Of a stretch of DNA of 49,974 bases, positions 18,239-27,404 are shown piece after piece. Within the stretch, counting starts at the first letter, position 1. Each line of letters starts with the position of its first letter. A model generated the notes under the pieces. That model did not search any database, was not told the DNA's origin, and saw nothing but the letters and a program-made list of their open reading frames with translations. The translations under genes and the position numbers were made by a program. The DNA comes from an uncultured Bifidobacterium sp. (lineage in GTDB: Bacteria; Actinomycetota; Acidimicrobiia; Acidimicrobiales; Acidimicrobilacustridaceae): positions 5,599 through 55,572 of the forward strand of contig CAYVUO010000002.1 of NCBI GenBank assembly GCA_964454715.1, given 5' to 3'.

Positions 18239-19968
18239 CAGGCTCGCCCCCGCGCCGCCGGATCGTCCTCTGGGGCGCTGCCGTGCTGCGCCTCGTAGGT
18301 CGCCTGCTCGAGCGCACCCTCAGCCTCGGCCCATGTGGCCGAGGCCAGACCGTCGAGAGGTCCGGATTCCTCGTCACGCACGTCCTCGGCCCGGGCCGGC
18401 AGCCACGCGAACACACAGATCGCTGCGATCCAGAGCACCAACGCTCCGAACTTCATGGCCACGTGCACACCATCGACGTAGGCCTGCGCTGCAGCCTGCG
18501 TCACCTGCTCCCCGAGACCAGCGGGGAGCTCGGAGGACTGAGCCACTCCGAGGATGGCCACGCCCACCGACTCCTGCGCCTTGTCGATGACCGCGGATGG
18601 GGCTCCGACCGAAGTGAGCGAGTCGAACAGGTGCGGGCGATAGATGGCGGTGAGAATCGAACCGAGTACGGCCACGCCGAGTGCACCGCCCATCTGACGG
18701 GTCGTGTCATTCATCGCCGAGCCGACACCGGCCTTCGCCGGCGGCAGTGAGCCCATGATCGATTCGGTGGCCGGGGCCATCGTGAGACCCATGCCGAGCG
18801 AGATCAACATGATGCCGAGCAAGAGGTGCCAGTAGCCGTTCGACACAGGGATGAACGAGTTCCAGAGCACGCCCGCCGATGCGATGAGCAGGCCCACGCC
18901 CACGACCATCTTCGTGCCCACCTTCTCGACGAGTCGCGGCGCCATCGGCGCCACCGCGAGGATGACCACCGACATCGGAGCGGTGCGCAGACCGGCACCG
19001 AGCGCGCTGTAGCCGAGCACGACCTGCATGTACTGACCCATCACGAACATCTGGCCGAACATCGCGAAGTACACGAGCGTGATCGCGAGATTCGCAGCAC
19101 TGAATCGTCGGTTCTTGAAGAACCGCATGTCGAGCATCGGGTTCGGGCACTTGAGCTCCCACACCACGAACGCTGCGAGTACGAGCAGGCCGATCGAGAG
19201 GGCGCCGGTCACCGACGGATCACCGAATCCTCCTGTCGGCAATTCGATGATGCCCCATAGCAATGTGACGAGACCGATCATCGAGAGACCGGCTCCGACG
19301 GGATCGAGCTTGCGAGCGTGCGGCGCGCGAGAAGTGGGCAGCAGGTAGTGGCCGGCGAGGAGCAACGCGGCGATGAGCGGAACGTTGATGAAGAACACCG
19401 CATGCCAATCGAACCAACGCAGGATGAGACCACCCAGGATCGGGCCGAGCGCACCGCTCGCGCCTCCGACCGCCGCCCAGATGCCGATGGCGCGACCGCG
19501 CTCGCGTGGATCGCGGAACAGGTTGGTGAGCAACGACAGCGTCGACGGCATGATGAACGCGGCGCCCAGACCCATGAGGCCACGCATGACGGTCAACGTC
19601 GTGGCCGAATCCGCGAACGTCGAACCCAGCGACGCGAGCGCGAACACGACGAGGCCGCCCTGCAATGCGCCCTTGCGACCGAATCGATCGCCGATGGCGC
19701 CAGCGGTGAGCAGCATGCCGGCGAACACGAGCGCGTAGCCGTCGATGATCCACTGCAACTGCCCCATCGACGCGCCGAGCGATTCGACGAGGGCCGGCAC
19801 TGCGACGTTGAGGATCGTGGTGTCGAGCGTGATCACGAGCAGGCTGCCGGTGAGGACCACGAGCGCCCACCACCGCAGGCGATGGGCCCGATCCGAGACG
19901 ATCTGGGTGGCGTCGGCGGCCGAGGCCATGGAGACGGTCTCGGCGGGCGGGCGGTCGGTGGTGGTCAT
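18238..19968 (-). CDS. DHA2-family (14-TM) MFS efflux permease
   Basis: LDTTILNVA, GDRFGRK, WHAVFFINVP and RQMGGALG motifs. Confidence 0.93.
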   Translation of the reverse strand: MTTTDRPPAETVSMASAADATQIVSDRAHRLRWWALVVLTGSLLVITLDTTILNVAVPALVESLGASMGQLQWIIDGYALVFAGMLLTAGAIGDRFGRKGALQGGLVVFALASLGSTFADSATTLTVMRGLMGLGAAFIMPSTLSLLTNLFRDPRERGRAIGIWAAVGGASGALGPILGGLILRWFDWHAVFFINVPLIAALLLAGHYLLPTSRAPHARKLDPVGAGLSMIGLVTLLWGIIELPTGGFGDPSVTGALSIGLLVLAAFVVWELKCPNPMLDMRFFKNRRFSAANLAITLVYFAMFGQMFVMGQYMQVVLGYSALGAGLRTAPMSVVILAVAPMAPRLVEKVGTKMVVGVGLLIASAGVLWNSFIPVSNGYWHLLLGIMLISLGMGLTMAPATESIMGSLPPAKAGVGSAMNDTTRQMGGALGVAVLGSILTAIYRPHLFDSLTSVGAPSAVIDKAQESVGVAILGVAQSSELPAGLGEQVTQAAAQAYVDGVHVAMKFGALVLWIAAICVFAWLPARAEDVRDEESGPLDGLASATWAEAEGALEQATYEAQHGSAPEDDPAARGRA

Positions 19969-19975
19969 GGGGGCG

Positions 19976-20016
19976 ACCATAGCGAAACACCTACGTTTCG
20001 GAACACTCTCGTTTCG
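19976..20016 (-). promoter_or_regulatory. Leaderless promoter with tandem palindromic operator, probably bound by the TetR
   Basis: Minus-strand -10 TATGGT (19976-19981) lies 7 nt before ATG 19968; CGAAAC-N6-GTTTCG at 19983-20000 and CGGAAC-N6-GTTTCG at 19999-20016. Confidence 0.7.
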
Positions 20017-20051
20017 CAATGTGACCGGTTTCACCCTGCGGCGCGGGCGTC

Positions 20052-20105
20052 CTTACCCGGCTCTCACCGTTCCTTACGTCCGCCTTCACCCGTGATCCCT
20101 ACGTT
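20052..20105 (+). promoter_or_regulatory. Phased direct repeats plus -10 element (OmpR/PhoB-type site candidate)
   Basis: CTTAC, CTCAC, CTTAC, TTCAC at 20052, 20063, 20073 and 20085 (spacing 11, 10, 12), then TACGTT 6 nt before ATG 20112. Confidence 0.5.
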
Positions 20106-20111
20106 GCCCCC

Positions 20112-20384
20112 ATGGCCCGCAGACGACGACCCCACCCCGCCGCCCGGAGCCGGGCCGTGGCCGCGGCCCTCGCCGTCGGCGTGGCCGGAACCATGACCGC
20201 AACGATGGCCATCGACCAGGCCGTGTCGAGCGCGGCGTCCACGACGACGCGCACCGCGCCGACCACACCTCCGACCACCGCGCGCTCGGGCGGCGCCACT
20301 CCGTCGACCATCGCACCGAAGCAGACGTCGCCGTCGACGACGCCCCGACAGTCACAACCTCGCGCCCGCTCCCAGGCGAGCTGA
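20112..20384 (+). CDS. Small secreted/membrane-tethered Thr/Ser/Pro-rich protein
   Basis: Basic N-terminus, hydrophobic helix and low-complexity tail; leaderless -10 upstream; TGATG coupling to the next gene. Confidence 0.65.
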   Translation: MARRRRPHPAARSRAVAAALAVGVAGTMTATMAIDQAVSSAASTTTRTAPTTPPTTARSGGATPSTIAPKQTSPSTTPRQSQPRARSQAS

Positions 20385-21061
20385 TGGATTCGCTCCCCTG
20401 GTACGTCGCTCGATCGGCCGGAATCGTCGCGTGGTCACTCGCGTCGCTGTCGGTGCTGTGGGGCCTGTTCCTGTCGACGCGAGTCCTCGGTCGCCGACCG
20501 CGCGCCAACTGGCTGCTCGATCTGCATCGATTCCTCGGCGGCCTCACCGTCGTGTTCGTCGCCGTTCACATGGTCGGCCTCTACTTCGACAAGTGGGTCT
20601 CGTTCAGCATCGGCCAGTTGCTCGTGCCGTTCGCATCCAGTTGGAATCCGTTCGCCGTCGCGCTCGGCATCGTTGCGATGTGGTTGCTCCTCGCGGTCGA
20701 GATCACCTCACTCCTGCGCAACCGCATCCCCAGGAGGATGTGGCGCGGAGTGCACTTCGCCAGTTATGTCGTGTTCCTCTCGGGAACGATCCACCTCCTG
20801 CTCGCCGGCACCGACCGGCACTCGACGATCCTGCTCTGGACCGTCGCAGTTGTGAGCGGCGCGGTTGCACTGTTCACCGTCTACCGCATCATCGGACCCG
20901 GGAGACCGGCCTCGCAGCAGAGGGCTACCATCGCCCCGTCGGCGCCGTTCGCGTCGATGCCCAGCGCACCACCCACGGTCGCGCCGGTGCCGATGCAAGG
21001 GGTGACGCCGAATGGAACGTCTGAAGATCGATCTCCTCGCTCCGGAGCTCTACGCGGGTGA
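20384..21061 (+). CDS. Ferric-reductase-like transmembrane (MsrQ-like di-heme cytochrome b) protein
   Basis: WYVARSAG N-terminus, several TM helices, four His candidates (LHRF, VHM, VHF, IHL). Confidence 0.85.
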   Translation: MDSLPWYVARSAGIVAWSLASLSVLWGLFLSTRVLGRRPRANWLLDLHRFLGGLTVVFVAVHMVGLYFDKWVSFSIGQLLVPFASSWNPFAVALGIVAMWLLLAVEITSLLRNRIPRRMWRGVHFASYVVFLSGTIHLLLAGTDRHSTILLWTVAVVSGAVALFTVYRIIGPGRPASQQRATIAPSAPFASMPSAPPTVAPVPMQGVTPNGTSEDRSPRSGALRG

Positions 21062-22208
21062 TCCGTATCCCACGTACGCGTGGATGAGGGCCAACGAACC
21101 GGCCTACTGGGACGACGTCAACGAACTCTGGGGCATCTCGCGCTACGACGACATCGTCGAGATCGAGAAGCGCAAGGACGTGTTCATCAACTCCGACACC
21201 GCCAAGGGCGGATACCGACCCAACCTTCCGGCCGACCCCGCGATCATCGGACTCGATGACCCCGAGCACTCGAAGCGTCGCAACCTCGTCTCCCGTCGGT
21301 TCACGCCTCGTGCCGCCAACGCGTGGGAGGACGACATCCGCGCCAAGGTCAACTCGATCCTCGACGGTGCTGCCGCCGCGCAGCAGTCCGACGGATCGGT
21401 CGAGATCGTCGAACAGATGGCCGCACCGCTTCCGGCGATGATGATCGGCAAACTGCTCGGGTTCGACGAGGCCGACTGGCCGAAGCTCAAGCACTGGTCG
21501 GAGACCACGATCGCCCTCGGCGGAGGTCCTCGCTACTTCAACGAGGTCGGGATGATCTCGGCCATGGAGTTCGCCCAGGCGGCGGCCGAACTGTTCGAGT
21601 CGAAGAAGACCTGCCCCGCCGACGACATCTACTCGCACTACACGACCGCGGAGATCGACGGCTGCCCGTTCGACAAGGACGCAGCGATCGCTGACGGTCT
21701 GCTGCTGCTCGATGGCGGTGCCGAGACCACGCGCACCGTGATCGGCCACACCATCATCAACCTGTTCCAGAATCCCGAGCAGCTGCGCAAGCTGCGCGAA
21801 GGCGCCGACATGACAGTGGCGGTCGAGGAGTTCATCCGTTACGTCACCCCGATCCACAACATGTGCCGAGTGGCGACCTCCGACTACGAGATCGGCGGGG
21901 TCACGATCCCCAAGGGCAACCAAGTCGTGCTCATGTACTCGTCGGCGAACCGCGACGAGGCCCACTTCGACTCGCCCGACACGCTCGACGTCACTCGGAC
22001 GCCGAACAACCACATCGCGTTCGGATTCGGCACGCACTTCTGCCTCGGCGCATCGCTCGCCCGCCTCGAGATCCGTGTGTTCTTCGAGGAACTGCTGCGA
22101 CGCACGACCGGCTGGCGAATCGCCGAAGGTGTGGAACCGGTCTGGATGCCCAACGCCTTCGTGCGCGGCATCGAGTCGGCCCGAGTCGAATTCGACTTCG
22201 TGTCATGA
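21012..22208 (+). CDS. Cytochrome P450 (CYP142-like)
   Basis: GGAETT I-helix, EEFIR (ExxR) and FGFGTHFCLG heme motif. Confidence 0.95.
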   Translation: MERLKIDLLAPELYAGDPYPTYAWMRANEPAYWDDVNELWGISRYDDIVEIEKRKDVFINSDTAKGGYRPNLPADPAIIGLDDPEHSKRRNLVSRRFTPRAANAWEDDIRAKVNSILDGAAAAQQSDGSVEIVEQMAAPLPAMMIGKLLGFDEADWPKLKHWSETTIALGGGPRYFNEVGMISAMEFAQAAAELFESKKTCPADDIYSHYTTAEIDGCPFDKDAAIADGLLLLDGGAETTRTVIGHTIINLFQNPEQLRKLREGADMTVAVEEFIRYVTPIHNMCRVATSDYEIGGVTIPKGNQVVLMYSSANRDEAHFDSPDTLDVTRTPNNHIAFGFGTHFCLGASLARLEIRVFFEELLRRTTGWRIAEGVEPVWMPNAFVRGIESARVEFDFVS

Positions 22209-22735
22209 GCACCGACCCGACATCGGTTCCGCTCCCGATCCCGGGCAAGGAGGTCGTGTTCCGTCACATGGACGACGCCGACGTGCCCTGGCAGTTGTGT
22301 CGCGCCCAGCGCAATGCCGACGGAACCGAGGCCTTCGTTCGCGAGAAGTGGTTCGCGTTCAGCCCCGATCCGCAGTACCTGTCGCTCTACGCCGAGTACG
22401 ACCCCGGCATGATGGTGCGACGCCACGGCCACTACTCGCCGCACATCGTGTTCGTCATCGACGGTGGTCTCTGGTTCGGAGATCGTTGGTGCCCCGCCGG
22501 CACCCACGTCGAATTGCCGTTCGGTGCTGCGTTCGGTCCCATCCGCGCCGGCAACGAGGGCGCGAAGTTGTTCGAGGTGATGATGGGTGATCCCCGCTCG
22601 TGGGGCGATCAGCCCGAGGTCTACGAGGCCGCGCTGGCTGAGCATGGCGTCACGCCATTGCCCGACCCGCCCGTCGACTTTCCCGACTGGCTCGCCGACC
22701 TGCGCACCCACTGGGCACCGGCCGCCGAGGAGTGA
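22205..22735 (+). CDS. Cupin-fold hypothetical protein
   Basis: HGHYSPH..FVIDG cupin motif 1 and PAGTHVELP motif 2; ATGA overlap with the P450. Confidence 0.7.
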   Translation: MSTDPTSVPLPIPGKEVVFRHMDDADVPWQLCRAQRNADGTEAFVREKWFAFSPDPQYLSLYAEYDPGMMVRRHGHYSPHIVFVIDGGLWFGDRWCPAGTHVELPFGAAFGPIRAGNEGAKLFEVMMGDPRSWGDQPEVYEAALAEHGVTPLPDPPVDFPDWLADLRTHWAPAAEE

Positions 22736-22736
22736 C

Positions 22737-23396
22737 TCAGGGCCAGAGGGGTTCCGGGTCGCGGAAACCCGGGTCGGTTCCCCATTGGTTGCGCCAAGTG
22801 ACCTCGTGCGCGGGCTGGCGAGTGGCCACGCCCCATCGGCCGGTCGGATAGCCCATCGACACGCAGCCCGACATGTACCAACCGTCGTCCTTGGGGATGC
22901 CCAGGATGTCGAAGACCTCGTCGTTGTGGAACACGAGCACCTGCGTGAGCGCGGTACCCACACCCTCGGCGCGTGCCGCGAGCTGCGCGCTCCAGAGCGC
23001 GGGATAGATCGACGAACCACCCGGGTCGTGCTGGGTGAAGCCGAACAGGTAGAGCGGCACCGTCTCGAAGTTGTCGGCCAACCACTGTGCCGACTTCTGC
23101 ACGCGAAGCATCGACTTCGACTCCTCGAGCTCGGGGGCGGCATGGGCCGCGTCGAGTCGATCCTTGTAGTAGCTGCCCCAGAGGGCCGACATCGCTTGGC
23201 GGTAGATCGGGCCCAGCTTCGACTTCACGTCGGCATCGTCGACGAGGAGGAAGCGCCAGTTCTGCGTATTGCCACCGCTCGGTGCGCGCACTGCGGCGTC
23301 CATGATGCGCGTCTGCACATCGACCGGGATGGGGTCGGGCTTCACGCGCCGCATGGCGCGAGTCGTGTAGAGCGCTTCGCGCACGTCCATGGTCAT
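22737..23396 (-). CDS. Nitroreductase family protein
   Basis: TTRAMRR, APSGGNTQNWRF, LAARAEGVG and MGYP motifs. Confidence 0.92.
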   Translation of the reverse strand: MTMDVREALYTTRAMRRVKPDPIPVDVQTRIMDAAVRAPSGGNTQNWRFLLVDDADVKSKLGPIYRQAMSALWGSYYKDRLDAAHAAPELEESKSMLRVQKSAQWLADNFETVPLYLFGFTQHDPGGSSIYPALWSAQLAARAEGVGTALTQVLVFHNDEVFDILGIPKDDGWYMSGCVSMGYPTGRWGVATRQPAHEVTWRNQWGTDPGFRDPEPLWP

Positions 23397-24142
23397 GCCT
23401 CCTTGGCCGCGGTCCATGCGGCGTGTGCACCATTGATGATCGAGACGAGCTCGGCTCGCTCGCTGGCGTCGAGCACCTCGAGGGTGCGTGACATCGCGGC
23501 GTCGGTGCCGGCCTCGGCGACCTTCCACCGCTCCTTGACCGTTGCGCCATCGGGCAGCGACTCGGCATCCCAGCCGAACACGCCGGCCATGAACGGTGAC
23601 CGGAACGCGACCGCGTCGAGCGGTGTGAGGCCGGCGGCGAGCACGGCTCCGGCGTGAAGGCCACCGCGCAACTCACGGAGCGCGTTGACGTAGTGATAGG
23701 CACGCGCCTTGGATCGATCGGTGCCCGGCACGGGCAGCGCCATCCAGCCGGCGAACAGTGAGGCACACGCCGGGGAGGCCTGCTCACACACTCGAGCTGC
23801 GAGTTCGCTGAATCGGTCGTAGTCGTGACCATCGGGGAGATGGGTCTCGCCATAGGCATGAGCGACCGCGGCCCATTCGGCACCGGCAGCAGAGGGTGAC
23901 ATCACACCGCGGGCCCGATCCCACATCGCTGCGACGTGCGGCGGATTCCAGAAGTTGAGGCCGGACGCGGCCACTCCCGCGGTCGTATCGCCGAGCACAC
24001 CGCACCGCCCGAGCACGTAGAAGTCGAGGCCCTCGAGCCCCAGCTCTCCGCCCCGGGCGTAGGTGGCACCGTCCATCATGAACCCGCCACCGAGATCACC
24101 GATGGCTTGGGCACACTGCTTCGCTGCTTCGACTGCGTCCAT
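23393..24142 (-). CDS. SCO6745-like family hypothetical protein
   Basis: FYVLGRCGVLG, LFAGW and LRELRGGLH motifs typical of this actinobacterial family. Confidence 0.75.
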   Translation of the reverse strand: MDAVEAAKQCAQAIGDLGGGFMMDGATYARGGELGLEGLDFYVLGRCGVLGDTTAGVAASGLNFWNPPHVAAMWDRARGVMSPSAAGAEWAAVAHAYGETHLPDGHDYDRFSELAARVCEQASPACASLFAGWMALPVPGTDRSKARAYHYVNALRELRGGLHAGAVLAAGLTPLDAVAFRSPFMAGVFGWDAESLPDGATVKERWKVAEAGTDAAMSRTLEVLDASERAELVSIINGAHAAWTAAKEA

Positions 24143-24225
24143 GCATCCCCCTGATCGAACGTTCGGGCGCACTCTATTCGGCGAGGCCGGTGTACGGTTC
24201 GGGCGCCGACCGAACAGGGGGAACC

Positions 24226-24720
24226 ATGGCCGAGGAGTCGAACGAGGCGCAGCCGCGGGGCGTCAAGCAGCGCAACAAGATCGTGATGTCGCAGGAGGAG
24301 ATCGACGAGTTCCTCCAGGGTCGTCGCTCGATGACGATGTCGACCATCAACGCCGACGGAAGCATCCATTCGATCGCCATGTGGTACGGCTTCCTCGACG
24401 GTTGCGTGGCCATCGAGTCGAAGAAGAAGGCCCAGAAGGTGCAGAACCTCCTGCGCAATCCCAACATGACCGTGCTCGTCGAGGACGGCGAGACCTACGA
24501 GACGCTTCGTGGTGTCACCCTCATCGGCAAGGGCGAGATCATCGAGGACCCCGAGCGCATGTTCGAGGCCGGCGTGAGCGTGTTCGACCGCTACTTCGCC
24601 AAGTACACCGAAGAGATGCGCGGCGCAGTCGAGATGATGCTCAACAAGCGAGTCGTCGTGAAGCTGCACGTCGACCGCGTGATCTCGTGGGACCACCGCA
24701 AGCTCAACGGCGGCTACTGA
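24226..24720 (+). CDS. Pyridoxamine 5'-phosphate oxidase-like, probably F420-dependent oxidoreductase
   Basis: STINADG, MWY, QKVQNLLRNP, LRGV and SWDHRKL motifs. Confidence 0.88.
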   Translation: MAEESNEAQPRGVKQRNKIVMSQEEIDEFLQGRRSMTMSTINADGSIHSIAMWYGFLDGCVAIESKKKAQKVQNLLRNPNMTVLVEDGETYETLRGVTLIGKGEIIEDPERMFEAGVSVFDRYFAKYTEEMRGAVEMMLNKRVVVKLHVDRVISWDHRKLNGGY

Positions 24721-24753
24721 CCCCTGGTCATCAAGGCGAGCCCTGTGCTCGCC

Positions 24754-26055
24754 TCACAACTCGGCGATGGCCCGTTCGAGGAGATCGGCGTACTCGGCGC
24801 GCGCCGCAGCGCGTCGCTCGGGCAGATGCTCGCTCGGCCACGCGCCAGCGGCCGGCTCATAGCCCTTGAGCACCTCGCGGGCGACGGTGAACTTGTGCAC
24901 CTCGGTGGGACCGTCGGCGATGCCCATCGTGACGGCAGCCATGAGCATGCCCGCAAGGGGCATCTCGTTCGACACACCGAGCGCACCGTGCAACTGCATC
25001 GTGCGCAGCACCGCCTCGCGGTAGACCTTGGGCGTCGCCACCTTCACCGCGGCGATCTCCTTGCGGGCGGCCGCGCCTCCGAACTGATCGACCACCCATG
25101 CCGCGTGCAGCACCTGCAGTCGGAACTGCAGCAGTTCGATCCATGCATCGGCGATCTTCTCCTGCGTGGCCTGCTTGCGGGCCAGCAGTTCACCCTGCGT
25201 GGTGCGCGAAAGCGCGCGCTCGCACAGCATGTCGAGACAGCGTGAGACGGCACCGACCGTACGCATGGCGTGGTGCAGACGACCGCCGCCCAGTCGGGTC
25301 TGTGCGATGACGAACGCCTGCCCCTCTCCTCCGAGGAGGTTGTCGTGCGGAACTCGAACGCCGTTGTAGCGAACGTAGGCGTGACTGCCGTGGCCCTCCG
25401 CCTCCTGCCCCACACCCACGTTGCGGACGACCTCGAGTCCGGGCGTGTCGGTGGGCACGAGGAACATCGACGCGCCGCGGTGAACCGATACGTCGGGATC
25501 GGTGATGGCCATCACGATGATGAACGATGCGAACCTCAGTGACGACGAGAACCACTTCTCACCGTCGATCACCCATTCGTCGCCATCGCGCACCGCGCGA
25601 CACGTGAACACACCGGGGTCAGCACCGCCCTGGGGTTCGGTCATCGAGTAGCACGAAGAGATGTGCCCATCGAGCAGCGGCTGGAGGTACTGCTCCTTCT
25701 GGTCCGGTGTGCCGTAGTGGGCGATGATCTCGGCATTGCCGGAATCGGGTGCCTGTGTGCCGAACACCGTCGGGGCGAACTGCGACCGACCGAGGATCTC
25801 GTTCATGTACGCCAGGCGAACCTGCCCGTAGCCCTGACCGCCGTACTCGGGGGTCAGGTGGCAAGACCAGATGCCACGGTCCTTCACGACCTTCTGCAGC
25901 GGACGGATCGCCTCGTCGTAGAAGACCGAGGCCTTGTTGTAGACCATCTCCTCACCAGCGAACGCGAGGTCGAGCGGCTCGACCTCCGCCTTCACGAACT
26001 CGCGGATCCAGTCGAGCTGCTCGGCGAATTCCGGATCGATGCTGAAGTCGGCCAT
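24754..26055 (-). CDS. Acyl-CoA dehydrogenase (ACAD10/11-like)
   Basis: APDSGNAE, MTEPQGGAD, AQTRLGGGRLHH and IADGPTEVH motifs. Confidence 0.93.
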   Translation of the reverse strand: MADFSIDPEFAEQLDWIREFVKAEVEPLDLAFAGEEMVYNKASVFYDEAIRPLQKVVKDRGIWSCHLTPEYGGQGYGQVRLAYMNEILGRSQFAPTVFGTQAPDSGNAEIIAHYGTPDQKEQYLQPLLDGHISSCYSMTEPQGGADPGVFTCRAVRDGDEWVIDGEKWFSSSLRFASFIIVMAITDPDVSVHRGASMFLVPTDTPGLEVVRNVGVGQEAEGHGSHAYVRYNGVRVPHDNLLGGEGQAFVIAQTRLGGGRLHHAMRTVGAVSRCLDMLCERALSRTTQGELLARKQATQEKIADAWIELLQFRLQVLHAAWVVDQFGGAAARKEIAAVKVATPKVYREAVLRTMQLHGALGVSNEMPLAGMLMAAVTMGIADGPTEVHKFTVAREVLKGYEPAAGAWPSEHLPERRAAARAEYADLLERAIAEL

Positions 26056-26117
26056 GGCGAGTCCCCCTCGTGTGCTGCTTCAACCGTAGGCGGCACCGAG
26101 CTCCGACGACGAACGAC

Positions 26118-27308
26118 TCAAACCGTCCAGACGCACCGGAGCGAGGCCACCGACCGCAGGTTGCAGCCGGCGGGTTCGACCCCGGGGTCGTCATCGGCGA
26201 GACGAAGACCGGGCAACCGATCGAGCACGACGTCGAGGGCCGCGAGCAACTGCTGCTTGGCCATGTGCGTGCCGGGGCAGAACTTCACTCCGAAGCCGAA
26301 GGTGAGGATGTCGGCATCGGGCCGGTCGATGTCGAACTCATCGGGGCGATCGAAGCGCTGCGGATCACGGTTCGCCGACGCGATGCCGGCGAGGATCACC
26401 GACTGGGCCGGGATCTCCACCCCGGCGATGCTGGCGGCCTGCGATGCCATGCGCGGGAGCAACGGCACGGGTGGCTCCCAGCGCAGCAGTTCACGCACGA
26501 CGGCGGGACGGGTCGAAGGATCCTCGACGACACGGCGCAGCAGCGCGGGCCGGTGCAGCAGCGTGTGGAAGAGGTTGCTCATGGCGTCGGCAGTGGTCGT
26601 AGCCCCCACGGCGAACAACAGGCGCACATGGGAGTGCACCTCGTCATCGGTGAGACGCACCCCCTGGAACTCGCCGGTGACGAGCTGCGAGATCACGTCG
26701 GTGCCGGGATCGCGGCGTCGTTGGGCAACGACCGGGGCGATGACCTCGGAGAGTTCCTCGGCGGCACGCTTGGCCCCGACGGGATCGCTCGGTTCGGAGA
26801 GGATGGAGAGGGCCCAACCGCGTTGACGATCCTCGAACCCCTCGGGCAGACCGAGCTTGCGGCTGATCGCCCAGAACGGCAGACGATTCACGAACTCGGC
26901 GACGAGATCGCATCCACCCCGAGCCACGATGCCATCGAGGAGTTCATCGGCCAGGGGCGTGAGTTCCTCATCGACGAAGCGGATCGCGGCTCGGGAACGG
27001 AAGGCCGGGGTGACGAGACGCCGGTAGATGTCGTGGTCGGGACCGTCCATCGAGATGAACGTGCGCCCCACCGTGCGTTCGAGTTGGTACTTGTAGACCT
27101 CGCCGCCCGGGAAGCGATCGTTGGCGCCGAAGAACTCGCGCAGCGCATCCCAACCGAGGATCACATGCGCAGGGAGACCATGGAAGGTCGCCGGCGCGAC
27201 GTCACCGTGCTCGGCCCTGAGCGCGCGCAACATCTCGTGGAGCTCCGCGCCGGCGAACGGCTGCGTCGCGATGTCCACCAGCGGCGATCCGGCTGCGTCC
27301 TCGGTCAT
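26118..27308 (-). CDS. Cytochrome P450
   Basis: ELLR (ExxR), ANRDP and FGFGVKFCPG heme motif; G-rich SD before ATG 27308. Confidence 0.93.
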   Translation of the reverse strand: MTEDAAGSPLVDIATQPFAGAELHEMLRALRAEHGDVAPATFHGLPAHVILGWDALREFFGANDRFPGGEVYKYQLERTVGRTFISMDGPDHDIYRRLVTPAFRSRAAIRFVDEELTPLADELLDGIVARGGCDLVAEFVNRLPFWAISRKLGLPEGFEDRQRGWALSILSEPSDPVGAKRAAEELSEVIAPVVAQRRRDPGTDVISQLVTGEFQGVRLTDDEVHSHVRLLFAVGATTTADAMSNLFHTLLHRPALLRRVVEDPSTRPAVVRELLRWEPPVPLLPRMASQAASIAGVEIPAQSVILAGIASANRDPQRFDRPDEFDIDRPDADILTFGFGVKFCPGTHMAKQQLLAALDVVLDRLPGLRLADDDPGVEPAGCNLRSVASLRCVWTV

Positions 27309-27404
27309 GGTCCCCCCCCTCCCGGACCGTAGCGTGATCGGGATGACGCACGCCGCGCGAGATGTCAGGATGAGCCGGTCACATGACCACGAGGGGGACC
27401 GACC

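Noticed and set aside
20112-22208. Small peptide plus P450 as a RiPP (biarylitide-like) cluster
   Set aside because: The peptide has no Tyr/Trp/Phe core, and the P450 looks like a CYP142-type lipid/sterol oxidase.
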